The notes under the pieces were generated by a model. The model searched no databases and was not told where the DNA came from. It saw only the letters and a list, made by a program, of their open reading frames with translations. A program made the position numbers and the translations under genes. Source: Eledone cirrhosa (lineage: Eukaryota). Taken from it: 64,000 bases of DNA. The stretch covers positions 177,382,001-177,446,000 of the forward strand of contig OZ024742.1 of NCBI GenBank assembly GCA_964016885.1, given 5' to 3'. Below are positions 12,266 through 26,274 of this stretch, one piece after another (position 1 is the stretch's first letter; every line of letters begins with the position of its first letter).

Positions 12266-15200
12266 ATAAATTTCATTATTAGCCACAAGGGCACAAAAGA
12301 AGGGGACAAATACAAATGGGGAGTTTACATACAGGTATATGAAAATAAAACTATTTATAAAACAACAAATAACAATTGAAATCCCCAATAGTGGAGAGGC
12401 GTTACACAGGGGTTGTACACACCAGGAAAAAATGTACATCCTTCATCTCCAGGAGCATCAAGAGTGAGTACTCTCTTCCTCTTTTCCTCTTTTTCCTCAA
12501 CCTACAGGCTTATATAGAGAGAATGCCCAACCAATCGGGCCATTTTTGTCACATTCACCCACCTTTCATAAAATTTGCTGGGGTACAGCACCTCTCTCTC
12601 CATCCTGATTCTTCTTCAAAATGATATTTGAAAAAGCGAATAGGTTGTTCGCCGGAGAGAAAGGTGTCTCACCTCAGCCCTTTTAACCTCGTCCACCATA
12701 TAACCTCTTTCAGCATAGCCATAAAATATAGGAAAACCTATTTTCCTTCGTTTTTGAAGGAGGGTGGCGGTTTGATCATGACAATGGAATCGGAGGTCTA
12801 CTGGATTGGTCCCACCCGCGACAATAGTCGTTCTACATAGCCACACAGATCGGTAATGCCCGGACAGTTTCCTCGTCGCACACGCATCTCGTACAGATCT
12901 TTTTCGAAGGGTTCCTGCTCGGGTGCCCGTGTCTGTAAAGTTTGTCTCGAACTAGTAGAAGTCCAAGGTAACACTTCCATTTTGGAAGTTGTCGATCTGT
13001 CCCGGGCAGAAGGTCCACCGAACAAACTTGCCAGTTCGTCTTCCTCTACGCCCAGAGTTTCTCCGAGCGCTCGTCGCACTTGCTGCGGAGCAACCCTCTA
13101 TAGAATGACGAAGTGGAGTCTCCATTGATAGCCTGGTTCGTTTGCCAGAGATCTGTGAGCGCCTGAGCACATTCGATGTACCAATCGGCCATTTTCCTCG
13201 GTCTTTGCTTGACCCAGGACTGCAGCTCGGTCAGCGAGACGAGTCGTGGGAAGCCTCGCCTCACGAACGTGGCACTCACCGGCTGTCCGGTGAGGATATT
13301 TGTAGGTGCCGCAGCCTGAGCGCGTGTTTGCGCATCGTCAGGTACGCCATTCCCAGCCCTCTGTTTGAAGGGTGTTGGCAGCAGATGGATCTTCTCACCA
13401 ATGGAGCCCGTTTCTTCCAAAGGAATTGGAAGAGCGCGCGCTCCGTTTTGCTGAGGGTTTTGGCTGGACAAGGCACGATGGTCAAGTGGTAGTAGATGAC
13501 AGACGCTATAAAAGTGTTCGCCACCTCCGCTCGACTTTTCAAGGATAGTTTGCGCTCGGCCCACTTCTGGGTGAGCGCAAACACCTTCGCTGTCACCTCG
13601 TTCCAGTTCTTCTCCACATGGAGGTCCGGACCAAACCAGACCCCGAGCAGCTTTACCGGTCCTTCCGTCCAGCGTCCAACGACGCCATCGATAGGCATCG
13701 GTTTGCCGCTCCACGTTCCGATTTGCAAACCGACGGATTTGTTCAGGTTCAGCTTCCCTCCTGTGAACCTTTCGTATTACTTCAGTAAGGTGCCGACCTC
13801 CCCGATTTGCGAGGTGCTCGACGCATTTACTGTGACGTCGTCAGCGTAGGCCGACGCAGCTTTTCTCAGTCCTGGTCCCAAAAGGATGCCCTGCAATAGT
13901 TCCATCTTCTGCAGTAGTGGCTAGAGAGTCAGTACATACAGAAGTGAGGAGAGAGGGCATCCCTGTCGAATGGATCGCGTGATATGGAACGGCTCCGAGA
14001 GGTAGCCGTTCACATTGACTCTTGAGCAGATGTTGCTGCTGTGCATTGCAGCAATCCAGCCCCTGAACACGGGTCCGAAGCCTGCCGCCTTGAGCACCGC
14101 ATCCAGAACGATGGTCAACCCTATCGAAAGCCTTAGACTGGTCCAAGTTGATTAGGGCCCCACCGAAGCGGGGTTTACACCTTACCCTCTATATGATGTA
14201 TCACATGAGGTGGAGGTTGTCGTGTATGAACCTGTTCGGGATGGCGCAGGTCTGCGCCTCTCCCACCAGGATTTCGTCGACAAGCGCCAGCCTTTGTTGC
14301 CAACACCTTGGCCAAAATCTGCAACTCTGTGTTTAGCAGAGTTATGGACCAGAAGTTGCCTATGTGTTCCTCCTTATTCTCGTCCTTCCTGACTAACGTG
14401 ACTAAGACCTTGGTCACAGAACAGGGAATTCTCCCGTTCAGCTGACAGTTGCAGTAGACCGTTTCCAGGAGACCGGAGTACAAGTCCAGCATTGCTACGT
14501 ATTATTCGTAGGGTAGACCGTCGAGACCTAGAGACTTGCGTTTGCCGCATTGGCTCAGCGACTCCCCTATCTCAGCGGCCGAAATCGGCCTTTCGCATAA
14601 CTTCGCCTCGCTGTACGGGAGACGTGGCAGGCCGTCGAGTTATGGACTGAAATCCATAGCATCTCCTGTCGCGCTGCCCTGCCTGAACAGCTGAGCAAAG
14701 TGTTGCTGAAAAGCCCCGCACATCTGCTTCGGCTCACGTATCACGCGTCCGTCTTGGTCCTTCAAAGTGCTAATCCGTCTACTGTAGACTTTGCATGTCG
14801 GTAACAAGTTCATCTTCCAGTAGCCGGGTCCCTGTCTATGGGTTCTATCAAGGTTGACTAAGCTGGTCACTAGTTTGTGATCTGAATAGGCAACCATGAA
14901 CATTTGTGGACAGCTTAACATGTCCCTATCACTAACTCTAACTAGAAACAATATCTAGGTACGATCTAGATGTTCCACTATGGTTGGTCCACGTCCACAG
15001 TGGCACAGTTGGAAAATCTAGTCGATATCTATCGGCCAGTTGAAATCGACCGATTAATTGTTTGAGGCTATTGCACCCACCTCTATTGGGACAAGCTCCC
15101 AAATAGTCCCAACGTGCATCTAGGATTCCATTCCATTCCCCCACTAACAGCAGGGAGTGGTATTTCCCAGAAAAGTCTCTAGACGTTTGAAGAAGGCTGG

Positions 15201-15805
15201 CCGCGGTGTCCCGGATGAGGCATATGCGGCCACCAGCCTGAAAGTTCCACCTTCACTACCGTCAACGTCTAGGACCACCAGTCGACCCTCCGGGTCCAGA
15301 TGTACCGTCTGTGTTACGAGGTCCAGGTGTTTCCGCAGCAAAATGGCAACCCCGCCCCCACCTTCCTGCTGACAGAGAGATGCGTAGATCTCAAAGTCGC
15401 TTAAGATGTGCGCCAGCTGTCACTCGTTGTAGATCCTGACTCGCAAATAGCTACTACATCCATACTGTGCAACCTAAGGTCGTTTAAGAGTTTTCCCTAT
15501 TTCCAGGGCATCCCCAGGCCGCGTACATTCACACATCCAACTCTTATATTGGCCATGTTAGTGCTGACAAGTTAAAAGAAGAGGAAAATAAATCACTCAC
15601 CTCTACGTCTCCTGGGGACCACGCTGCACAATTTCCATGGGGGTGTTGGAGGGGTTGTTGGGGTGGGTGGGTTCTGGCGGGGGAGGGGAAGGAGATGTTT
15701 GCTGGGGAGGGGATCTCTGATGGGGTGGGGGTGTCTGGGGTGGGGTGGGGAAAAACTTTTTAAAAGGACGCGATTAATGGGTTTAACGCAAGGATTACCC
15801 ACGTC
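12266..15805 (-). mobile_element. L1/Tx1-type LINE 1 (5'-truncated: end of ORF1 plus decayed ORF2, about 15556-12502)
   Basis: APE endonuclease (MANIRVGCVNVRG, SYLD, YSDHKLV), RT (ITLLNTELQILAKVLA, DQSKAFDRVDH, IRQGCPLS, AYADDV, KLLGVWF) and C-terminal CTRC cysteine motif. Confidence 0.9.
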
Positions 15806-15847
15806 CAGATAGATAGATAGATGGATAGATAGATAAATAGATAGATA

Positions 15848-15881
<34 letters not shown>

Positions 15882-15949
15882 CAGATAGATAGATAGAGAG
15901 ATAGATAGATAGATAGATAGATAGAAAGATAGGTAGATAGATAGATAGA
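15806..15949. repeat. (GATA)n/(GATT)n microsatellite
   Basis: Direct reading. Confidence 0.95.
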
Positions 15950-16131
15950 TTTCTTTATTTGCCACGATGGCGTACAAGAAATGTGACTTTACAAGACGTG
16001 ACGGCGGGGGTTTTACATAAAAATCATATAACTTTAATATTAATAAATAACAATAAATTGTATATGAAATAAAATAACAATCGAAATTCCAAATAGGGGG
16101 GAACGTTACTGCCTAGTTGTTTTACACCCCG
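15950..16131 (-). mobile_element. Short 3'-end fragment of a third Tx1-type LINE
   Basis: Its 3' terminus gtggcaaataaagaaa resembles the termini at 12266-12295 and 16181-16210; flanked by (GATA)n on both sides. Confidence 0.75.
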
Positions 16132-16180
16132 TAGATAGATTGATAGACAGATAGATAGATAGAATAGATAGATAGATAGA

Positions 16181-19100
16181 TAAATTTCTATTTATTGCCA
16201 CGAGGGCACAAAAGAAGGGGACAAATACAAGGGGGTGAGTTTACACAAAAGAACGAGTTAAAATCAAATAACAAATATAAAATTAACAATAAAGTCCTCA
16301 ATAGGAAGGAGGCGTTTTGGGTGGTCGCACCCCCCCCCCCCCAGAAAAAGTGTGCAACCCTTCTCCTCAGGAGCACAGAGAGAGGGTGCTCTTTTGTTCT
16401 TCAATCTTTTTCACCTACAGGCTGATATAGAGAGAAGGCCTATTCACACGGGCCATTCTCGCCACTTTCACCCACCTTTCATAAAAGTGGCTGGGGTGGA
16501 GCACCTCTCTCTCCATCCTGATCCTTCTTCCGAAATGATATCGGAAGAAAAGGACTAGTTGTTGGCCGGAGATAAAGGTGCCCGACCTCAGCCCTTTCAA
16601 ACGCGTCCACCATACAACCTCTTTCACCATGGCTATTACTCACAGAAACACCGCTTCTCCTTCATTTTTGAAGGGGGTGGTGGCTTGATCGTTATAATGG
16701 ATTCGATGGTCAACTGGATAGGTTTCACCCGTGACAGATCGTTCGACATAGCCCCACAGACTGGCGACGCCCGGGCAGTGTACCATTGCATGCGCGACGG
16801 TTTCTCGTCGCGCACGCATCTGGGACAGATCTTTTTCGAGGGGTCCCTAGCCGGGTGCACGTGTCTGTAGAGCTTTTCCCGAACGCGCAGAGCCCCTCAG
16901 TAGCACTTCCAAGCCAGGGAACTCTGGAAGTTGTCCATGGGTCCCGGGCTAAATGACCTACCGAACAGGCTGGCCAGTTCGTCTTCCTCCATGTCTAGGG
17001 CTTCTCCGATGGCGTCGTCGCACCTGCTGCGCACTAGCCCTCTATAGAATGTCGAGGTGGAGTTTCCACTGAAGCCGGGTCCGCCTGCCAGAGAGCCGTG
17101 AGCGCCTGGACACACTCGGTGTACCAAGCCCCCAGTATTCTCGGTCTTTGCTTGACCCAGGATTGCAGCTCGGTGAGTGAGACGAGTCACGGAAAGGTTC
17201 GTCTCACAAACGGGGCGCACGCCGGTTGCCCGGTGAGGAATACCTCGAGGTGCCGTAGCCTTAATGCGTGTTTACGCAACTGCAGCTACGGCATCCCAGC
17301 CCTCCTTTCGAAGGGTGTTAACAGCAGATGGATATCCTCACCAAAGGAGCCCGCTTCTTCCAAAGGAATTGGAAGGGTGCGCGTTCCATTTTGGTGAGCG
17401 TTTCCCTTGAGCAAGGCACGTCGATCAAGCGGTAGTAGATGACGGACGCTATATAAGTGTTCGCCATCTCCGCCCGACCTTTCAGTGGTAGTTTGCAATC
17501 GGCCCACTTCTGGGTCAGAGCAAACACCCTGTTCGTTACCTCACCCCAGTTCTTCTCCACCTGGAGGTCTGATCCGAACCAGACCCCGAGCAACTTCACC
17601 GGGCCCTCTGTCCAGCGTCCGACGACGCCATCGGAGGTAATCGGTTCGCCCCTCCACGTGCGAGTTGCAAACCGATCGACTTGACTCGGTTCAGCTTAGC
17701 CCCTGTAAACCTTTCGTACTCCTCCAGTAGGGTGCCGATAGCCCCGATTTCCTTGTGGGTCGACACCATTACTGATACGTCATCGGCGTAGGCCGACATC
17801 GCTTTCCGCAATCTCGGTTCCAAAGGGATGCCCTGCAACAGCTTCAACTTCCGCAGCAGTGGCTCGAGGGCCAATACATACGGAAGGGAGGAGAGCCGGC
17901 TCCCCTGTCGGATGACTGCGTGATTTCGAACGGCTCCGAGAGGTAGCCGTCAGCTTGACTCTAGAGCAGATGCGGCTGCTGTGCATGGCAGTGATCCAGC
18001 CCCTGAAAACGGGTCCAAAATCTGCCGCCGCTAGCACCGCATCCAGGTAAGCCTATCTAACGCCTTCGATTGATCCAAGTTGATCAAGTCCTCACCAAAG
18101 CCGGGTTTGTTCACAACCCTCTCTATGATGTATTGCATAAGGTGGAGGTTTTCGTGGATGGACCTGGACGGGATAGCACATGTCTGCGCATCTCCCACCA
18201 GGTTGCCCACGACAAGCGCCAACTTCTTTGCTAACACCTTGGCCAAAATCTTTAACTCTGCATTTAGCAGAGTTATGGGCCTGAAATTACTTATTTCGTC
18301 CCGCTTGTTCTCGTCCTTCCTCACTAACGAGACTACGCCCTTGGTCACAGAACAGGGAATTCTCGCGTTCTGTTGCCAGTTGCAGTAGACCGCCTCGAGG
18401 AGATTGGGGAACAAGTCCGGCATAGCTAGATATAGTTCGTATGGAAGAGCATCGAGACCCGGGGTTTTGCGTTTGCAGGATTGGCTCAGCACGTCCCCTA
18501 TTTCAGCAGCTGAAATCGGCCCCTCGCAGGACTTTGCCTCAGCGTCCGCAAGAAGCGGCAGACCGTCGAGGTATGGACCAAAGTCCACATCCCCATCCGG
18601 CCCCCCGCCCCTCCGGAACAATCGGGTAAAGTGCCTTTGTAAGGCCTCACACATCTGCTTAAGTTCAAGGATCACCCGTCCACCTGGTCTCGCAAAGACC
18701 CGATAGTGGATCTAACCCTTCTTTTGGCTTCTGTCACGTGGGCCCAGCTAACAGCTTTCGTCCCCTCGTTTCCTAGAGCACGTATTTTGCTTCGGACAAC
18801 GCAGCCTTCGTGCTTCGCATCAAAGAACTCACACAAGGCCGTTCTCGACGCTAGCACTCTGGCCACGTCGCCGCTTCTAATTTCCTCTTCTACACTATCT
18901 ACCAACTCCCTTTCCTTCCTATTTCTATCTGAGGCTAACTCCTTACTAAATCCTATTGAAACTACTCTAATCACCCCCACCTGCTGTTGACGATCGCTCC
19001 CATCAACTAAGGTCACTAATTTGTGATCCGAATAGCCAGCCATGAGCATCTCTGGACAGCTTAAAAGGTCCCTATCCTTGTTTCTAACTAGGACCCTATC

Positions 19101-21708
19101 TAGGTACGACCTAGATGATCTGCTGCGGTTTGCCCAAGTCCAGGTTGGCGCTGTCGGAAAATCTTGTAGATATCTCTCGGCCACGTCAAATCGGCCGATT
19201 AACTCCTTGAGGCTGTTACACCCCCATCTATCGGGACATGCCCCTACATAGTCCCAGCGTGCATCTAGGATACCATTCCAGTCCCCCAGTAAAAGAAAGA
19301 CGCGGGACGTCCCCAGAAAAGTCTCCAGACGTTGGAAGAAGTCCGGCTGCGCTGATCCAAAGGGTCGTAGGAGGCGACCAGTCTAAAGACTCCGCCTTCA
19401 CCACTGCCAACGTCTAAAACCAACAGTCGAGCCTCCGGGTCCAGGTGTACCGTCTGTGCAGCGAGACCCAGATGTTTTTGCAGCAGAACGACAACCGCAC
19501 CCCCAACTCCGGGCTGACAGAGAGATGCGTGCATCTCAAAGTCGTCAAAGGTGGGGGTTAGCTGGCGCACGCTGCTGATCCGGGCCTTGCAAATGACCAT
19601 CACATTTATACAGCGTGACCTGAGGTCATTTAGAAGTTTTGCTTGCTTCTAATATGAGCTCTGGGCACGCGCATTTAGACAAGCCACTCTCAATACAGCC
19701 ATGTTGGTGTATAGACAAAAAAGGAGGCACCTACCTCTCTGTGTCCCGAGGACAAGGCCGCACAATTTCCATGGGGGTGGGGGAGGGGTTGTTGGATGGG
19801 AGGGTTGTTTGTGGTAGTGTGGGGGCATCAGTGTGTGGTGGGATTTCGGGTGTTTGGAGTTGTGTGGGTGTTTGGGGAGGGGGTGGGGAAATTTTTTAGG
19901 AGGACGCGGTTAATGGGTCCGATGCAGGGAGGCCTCACGTACTCGTTAAAATTGTCCTTTAAAGTTTTGTATATGTCCCTTGGGACATTTATCATTTTGA
20001 GGTGGGGGAAATCCCCTGCTTTGGGTGAAGTTAGGCCCTTCGGTTTTTTACCAAATTGTTATTATAAATAATGTTCAACAGTTTTTTTGTTTCTTGTGTT
20101 TATGTATGTGTATGCATATTTTTGTTTTTGTGTGGTGTTTTTGTTTGCTGTTGTTGTGTGTTCTTTTGTGTTGATGTATGTGTTATGTTTTGGGGAGGGG
20201 TTGTTTTTATTTGTGTGCCTGGAGTGTGTTTTCTTTTCTTTCTTTTAACTTCTTGGAAATGCTCCCCCTCGTCTGACGACGAACAGGGGTCGTCTTCCGT
20301 GTTGCAGGGGAGGGGTAAAATGTCGCGTAGTGTTTGCGGTGTGGATGTTTTGGAAATTGTTTTTTGATTGGGGGTATGGTTTGGACAGTGTTTTGTTTTG
20401 TGCTAACTTGTGGTTGTTGTGTTTGTAGTGGTGGTGGTGATTGTATTGGTTGTGTAGTTGTTGGTGGTGTGGGCAGAATTGGAGTTTTCTTTTTAAGTTG
20501 CGGACAGACAGCACTCGGGTGACCTCTGGTTTCACAGAGGTAACACGAGGGCCGCCTACCCTCAACGGTAATGTTTATAATAGTTTGGTCATCAAGAATG
20601 ACGCGTTCAGGGATCTGGGCGATCGTTTCGGGCCTCATTTGAACTAAAAGTTCGAGGCCCGTTCCACTGAACGCGTCACCCGATTCCTTTCCCATGGATA
20701 TCAATATGTCATCGTTCAGGTCAAGAAAACCTGTTAACACCCACCATATGTCCATACTTGGAAGAATGGTGTGTATTTTTATTTTCTGTGTCCTTCTACC
20801 CATGTACGTAGGGTAGAATGTGTACGCGGTGGATGTAATAGGTTTTACCGAAAGTTTTTTCCGTGTCCTCGTCCTTCATGAGAGTGAATAGACTCCCATA
20901 GAGTCTATCCTTTTGTATGAACAGATTGTCTTTCATTACATCTTTTAAGACCAGCTCTATCTCACCATGTTATGGTTGAGCTGGTCTTTTCGTTTTGTTT
21001 AACACTGTCCTAAACATCACTGTGTTTAATACTCCCTGAATTTTTAGTTCGGGGGGGGGGGGGTCGAACATATCCATTTTCCCCGTATACTATGTATTTT
21101 TTGGCTTCTGCCAGTAGCTCCTTAGCGTTGCTTATGTCTACTGGCAGGTATTCAAGGTTTTTTTTCGCAGTTTGGGCAAAGGAAATCTTTCCATTATCCT
21201 TGTACCCGTTGTTTTCTTTTTCATTACTTTTTTTCTATTTTTTCTGTTTTCTTTGTCCATGTTGATGTTGTTTTTCAGTTTCTGTGTCTTTGAGTTGTTG
21301 GTGTTTGTGTCGTTTGTATTTTCATAAAATTTCATTTTAACATTTTGGGGGTTTTTACCCACATTTTCACAATTTACAGTAGAAACATTGTGCATAATCG
21401 TATTTGAAAGTGAGAGGGAGGAAGTTTCAATTACATTCATTTGTTGTTCCTTTCTCTCACTTTCGTCAGGGGGCGTGGCAGAGTTGTTGTTGTTCATGGC
21501 GTCCATTATTGACATATACGTCAACAAAAATGTTTAAAAGGTAGTTTTACCCCTAAAATGGGTGAAAATAAAATTGCCCCCCGTCTACAAACTTAGGCGG
21601 GAGGTTAATTCATGCGGGGACACAAAATACAAACAAACACTTACTGTTAACACGTAAAATATTCCAAAAAGGCAGGAGCTGAAGTTACCTACGTCTATAT
21701 AATCCGAG
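16181..21708 (-). mobile_element. L1/Tx1-type LINE 2, near full length and decayed (ORF1 about 21527-19720; ORF2 about 19702-16415)
   Basis: ORF1 zinc knuckle CYLCETRGHPSAVC. ORF2 has APE (MAVLRVACLNAR, SYLDRVLV, YSDHKLV), RT (NFRPITLLNAELKILAKVLA, DQSKA, AYADDV) and a CPRC motif. Confidence 0.9.

Positions 21709-21780
<72 letters not shown>
21709..21780. repeat. (GATA)n microsatellite
   Basis: Direct reading; abuts the 5' end of element 2. Confidence 0.95.
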
Positions 21781-21781
<1 letters not shown>

Positions 21782-22384
21782 TTGGAGGCTAGGTCGGTAG
21801 GTATTCGTGTAACTAGATTGGTAGATATGTTAAGTATTTAGTGTGTCACAGAGCAATAATTAATAGAAATATATATTAGGTTTTTGATATCAATCAATGG
21901 CGAATGGAAAAGATAAGATAAGATATTTAATGGCGGCTATCCTGTTGTCTTGTCAGCTTCAGGAGGAGTGGTTTAATAAGGATGAGAGAAACGTTTGACA
22001 CAACGTCTGTTTAATAATCTATTTGAAATATACTGTAAAGTGACAGGAATTTATTTGTAGTCATAGTAGTTATAACCGGCTACCATATTTTCACCTTATT
22101 GATTTGGATGAAAGGAAGTAATGTTTCTTTAGTAAAGTTGTCTTTATTTCAATTATCTTATAACGATTGGACAACGAATGTTTGACACATAAATGTCAAA
22201 GAAAATCATAATTTCCAATAGGTTATCACGCCAATTAGAAAGATTTTGATGGACTAAATAATTGTGAACGCTACTTATTGCAATGTGTCAAGTTGCTGCC
22301 CATCAACCATCATCTTGTCGGGATAGAGATATTTCTTGTAGAACGGATTTATAGTATTATTATATATGTATGTATTTATGTATG

Positions 22385-25300
22385 TTCTTCTGGCTTTTTA
22401 ATTTCACAAATGTTTACCAATAGAGAGAGAGTCGGTTTCTAACATAGCCACAAGAATCTCATTGGAATTTACACAACATCAACTAGGTAAATATATATGT
22501 ATGCATCTATGTGTAGATATGGATGTTATTGTATGTGTGGATGTGGCTGTTTTGAGTTGTATGTGTGCATGTGTATATGCTTTGCATCTCTACATGTGTA
22601 TATGCAGTTATTAGATGCAACATTTTGGGAATGTTTTACATTTATTTTATTTACTTGTAATTTCATAATTTTACTGTTCCATTAATGGATTGTACTTGTA
22701 ATTTGCTAACTAGTAGTGTTCTTTCTGTTCCTGTGAAGCCTAGCTTCTCAAGATTTGTATTGAGGCAGTTACTAACATACCCCAGTGCCCCAATAATCAC
22801 ATAAATCTGAAGGTGTAATCAGGGTGAAGTATCTGCAGATTTCGCATCTGTTCTGCATAAATATTCTCCTTTTCACTAATCTTTGATATTATATTGGCAT
22901 CTGCTGGGCAGCTAATTTCAACTACTGTGCATGCTTTCTTCTCCCTGTCCCATATCATAATATCTGGTCTGTTATGCCTGCATTTTATTGGGGTTTTTAC
23001 TGGAACATTCCACCAGTACTCTTTCATATTATGTACATGGATGTCTTCCACATTGCTGTAGCTTTTAATGTATTTATTATCGGGGCTATCATTTTTACGA
23101 AATGCATTGTACAGTGTGTTGGCCACTACACCATGCCTCATAGGTAGATAGTACCGCGATGACATATTTGGACAGCTGCTGATGACATGGGTGATATCCT
23201 CGATGTTAGTTCTGGAGAGTCTGCACTTGTTATCACATCTAGGTGTTTTGCCGGCATCCCTATCTATTTTGTGAATCAAGTATTTTGTGTTAATCTCCTG
23301 TTCTTGGATTGCGAAAGTGTATCCTTCAAAGTGGTAGCCAATATAGCGGTTGTTGGTCCAAGATAGACTAATTTCCTTATCTATATTACTCTCACTCTGT
23401 AGCTTCCTGGCAACATATCCATGCATGATTTTTTGCTGATAAGCATGCAGTTTTTCATCCATGGATTCACTGCGATACTGCTGAGCGACATCCTTGGGTA
23501 TGACGTTTTGATTATCACACAGGGAATATCTCTCGAAGAGTTCCTTCCCAACTCTCATGATATTATATGTTTCATGCAGATCGACTTGCTCGAAAAACGG
23601 GCTACTACGCTTCGAGATTCGTAAATGTTGTCGGAGAGATATGATGCGACATTCAAATGTTGTCTGGACTGACGTTAGGCCTCTGCCTCCCTGCTTACGT
23701 TTCAAGTAAAGGCGGTCTATGTCACTGTTGATGTGGAAGTTTACGGTGTTGTTTAGTATGTTTCCAGTTCCAACATCAACGGCTCGGATTTCGTCTATCA
23801 TCCAATTGAGTATTCCGAACGTTGGTGTTAGGACAGGCACAGCAAACACATTGTGAGCCACTGTTTTGTTTTCCGCAGAGAGTTCCGATGACCAGATTTT
23901 TCTTAATCTGGTGTAGTATTCCCTGGTTACGCGTTCTTTATTACAGATACCATTATAGGATATGTTCTCATCTATCCCCAGATATTTGTAGCAGTCCTCA
24001 TCAGATATTGGTGAAACAGTTAGGCCATTGATGACAATGTTGCTAGATTGGATTGTTGTTTTTCCCTGCTTTACAGTCATGTATGAGCATTTATGTTGAC
24101 CAAACTGCATTCCTATATCCTTTGAGAGTGTTGTAACCAGGTCAAGATTTTCTTCATCCCATCCATGTTCTTGGCATAGAGTTTCAGATCGTCCACAAAG
24201 ATATTATGGGTTAGGTTCATTATTTCTGTCCTCCTGTGAGCCAATGATGTATCCCTCACATTTCTTGGGCCGAAAGGACAAGGGGTTTAATAACAAGATG
24301 AATAATATCACAGAGAGACTGTGCCCCTGACATATACCCCAGCAATATTTTATTTTATCAGTGAAAATAGAGTCCTCCCTTTCTGTCTTTAACCTTAGGA
24401 TAGTAGCCCAAGAAGAAGACAGCCTCTCTATGGCTTTGACAATAATGTCTGGGACTTTAGCAAGTTGGAGGGCCTCTATCATCCAAGAGTGGGGAATAGA
24501 ATCGAAGGCTTTCCTGTAGTCCAGCCAGACTGTAGCCATATTCCTCCTAAGTTGTCGCACCTCCGACATCGCAGTTTTGTTGATTAGGAGTTGTTCAGTA
24601 CATCTCCAAACCCCTTTCTTTCCAGCTGCTTGTTCATCTGTGATGATGTTATTATTTTCTCAGTTATCTTGGAGGAATAGATTCAGACAGGCTGTATACA
24701 TCTTATACATCAGGTTCTGGCATGCAATGGGTCGGTAGTTTTTTGCCAAGTGGGTGTCTTTATTCTTGGGGACCAGTAAGGTTTGTGTTAATATCTACAA
24801 TTCTAGTATAAGGCTATCTCCCTTAAGAACTTGTTGGTAGAGGTCAGTAAGATACCTCCGATATAATCTTAGTTTTTTGTACCAGTAGCCGACAATCATG
24901 TCTCTTCCTGGTGTTTTCTTATCTTGGAGTTTTCCTATCACAGCGTTAATGGTACACACACTTATCTCGTATGTTTTTGTTGTAGTGTAGGAGCAATAGT
25001 TCTTTCGGATTTCTCTTAGCCACACTGCATCTTGGTTGAAATTCTTCTTTTCACCCCATATTTTGCTCCAAAAGGAATCTATGTCTTTCTGGGATGGGGC
25101 CTCAGTAACACTTATTATTTTGCCCTTCATATCTATATAGACTGAAATTTGGTTTCGTTTGAATCTTTTATTAAGCACTTTTCACTTATCTACCTTCTTC
25201 AGGTATCGGCGTTTTTCGCTGACAGCTCTCAATTCTTGTTTGAGGGTTATCAGCTTATATTGGAGAGTTCTGGTTCTACTGTTACCAAACATCGTCTCTA

Positions 25301-25769
25301 TTTTATTTTTCACACTTTGTTGGTGAGGAGTGAAGTATTTTTGTGTGTGTTTGCATGTAAGGAGTATTGTCACATATCCTATGTTTTTTCGTATGTCAGC
25401 AATCTTTTTTTCTATTTTATTTATATATGATGGTATTTCTGGTGGTGTTCTGTTCTTGTTAATATCTCTGCTATCACCAAGATAATGCTTCACTGTCGTT
25501 GCTAGGGTATATAAACAGGCGTTGATTTGCAAAAATGTTGGGGTTTTTATCCGTCGTAAATATTCATCCCCTATTTCGTCAATATAACGTAATATTTCAT
25601 TATTCGGTTGTTTATTAAACACTGTCATTTTAATACGTTCAGCAAGAGAGATATTTATACATAAATTAATTTCTCTCTGGAAGATTTCGTTGAGGGAAAA
25701 TTTCAATTGTTTATACTTTTGATTATTATCATTATCGATAGTATTTTCCACAACAGTATGTATGTACAA
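22385..25769 (-). mobile_element. R4/Dong-type non-LTR retrotransposon (RT plus restriction-like endonuclease), decayed and 5'-truncated
   Basis: WLDYRKAFDSIPHSW, GICQGHSLS, DDLKLYA, YKYLG, RLYLKRKQGGRGL, CRL..HVISSC, RH, HNRPDIMIWD..VVEISCP; ORFs 22797-24110, 24204-24569, 24795-25178 and 25182-25769. Confidence 0.85.
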
Positions 25770-26232
25770 GGGCGGAAGAACTCATAAGAGTCAACGGCCA
25801 TCCAAAAGTGTGTAAATATGTATATATACACACGTACATATGTATGTATATGTGTATATACATGGGTGCATGTGTATGTATATGCGCGGGGACATAGAAA
25901 TAGTCGAGCTGGACACCTGGTCGCGCGGTTAAACCACTAAAGGACCCCTAGCCTTTGTCAGGGCATTCTTTTAGGTGAAGGCAACTCAGGAAACTGGGAT
26001 CACTCCAATATGAAACCTGCGACTCAGTAGTTACCGATGATGTTGATCTTTTCTTCCTCTTGGATAATAGCTACTGTCGCTCAGAGAGTGGGATTGGCTT
26101 AGTGCACAGTATTTCCTCACTTTAAAAAATATCTTCACGCACAGGTATTGCACGATAGAATTAATTAATAATTATTAATAATGTTATATCGTGCAATGGC
26201 CATACTCGATGGCGAGGGGGCAGTCATCATGT
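25770..26232 (+). mobile_element. Non-autonomous retroelement family N, copy A (RTE-5'UTR-like)
   Basis: Shares blocks (agagtcaacggccat, aaacctgcgact, agagtggg..tggc, gcacagg.attgc, gcagtcatcatgta end) with 26275-26808 and the reverse complement of 35025-35636. Confidence 0.55.
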
Positions 26233-26274
26233 ATGTAAGTATGTATGTATGTATGAATGAATGTATGTATGTAT

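Noticed and set aside
22425-22470. ccaatga..gaaaccga in the R4/Dong 3' UTR as a hammerhead
   Set aside because: Core mismatched and no stems I or II.
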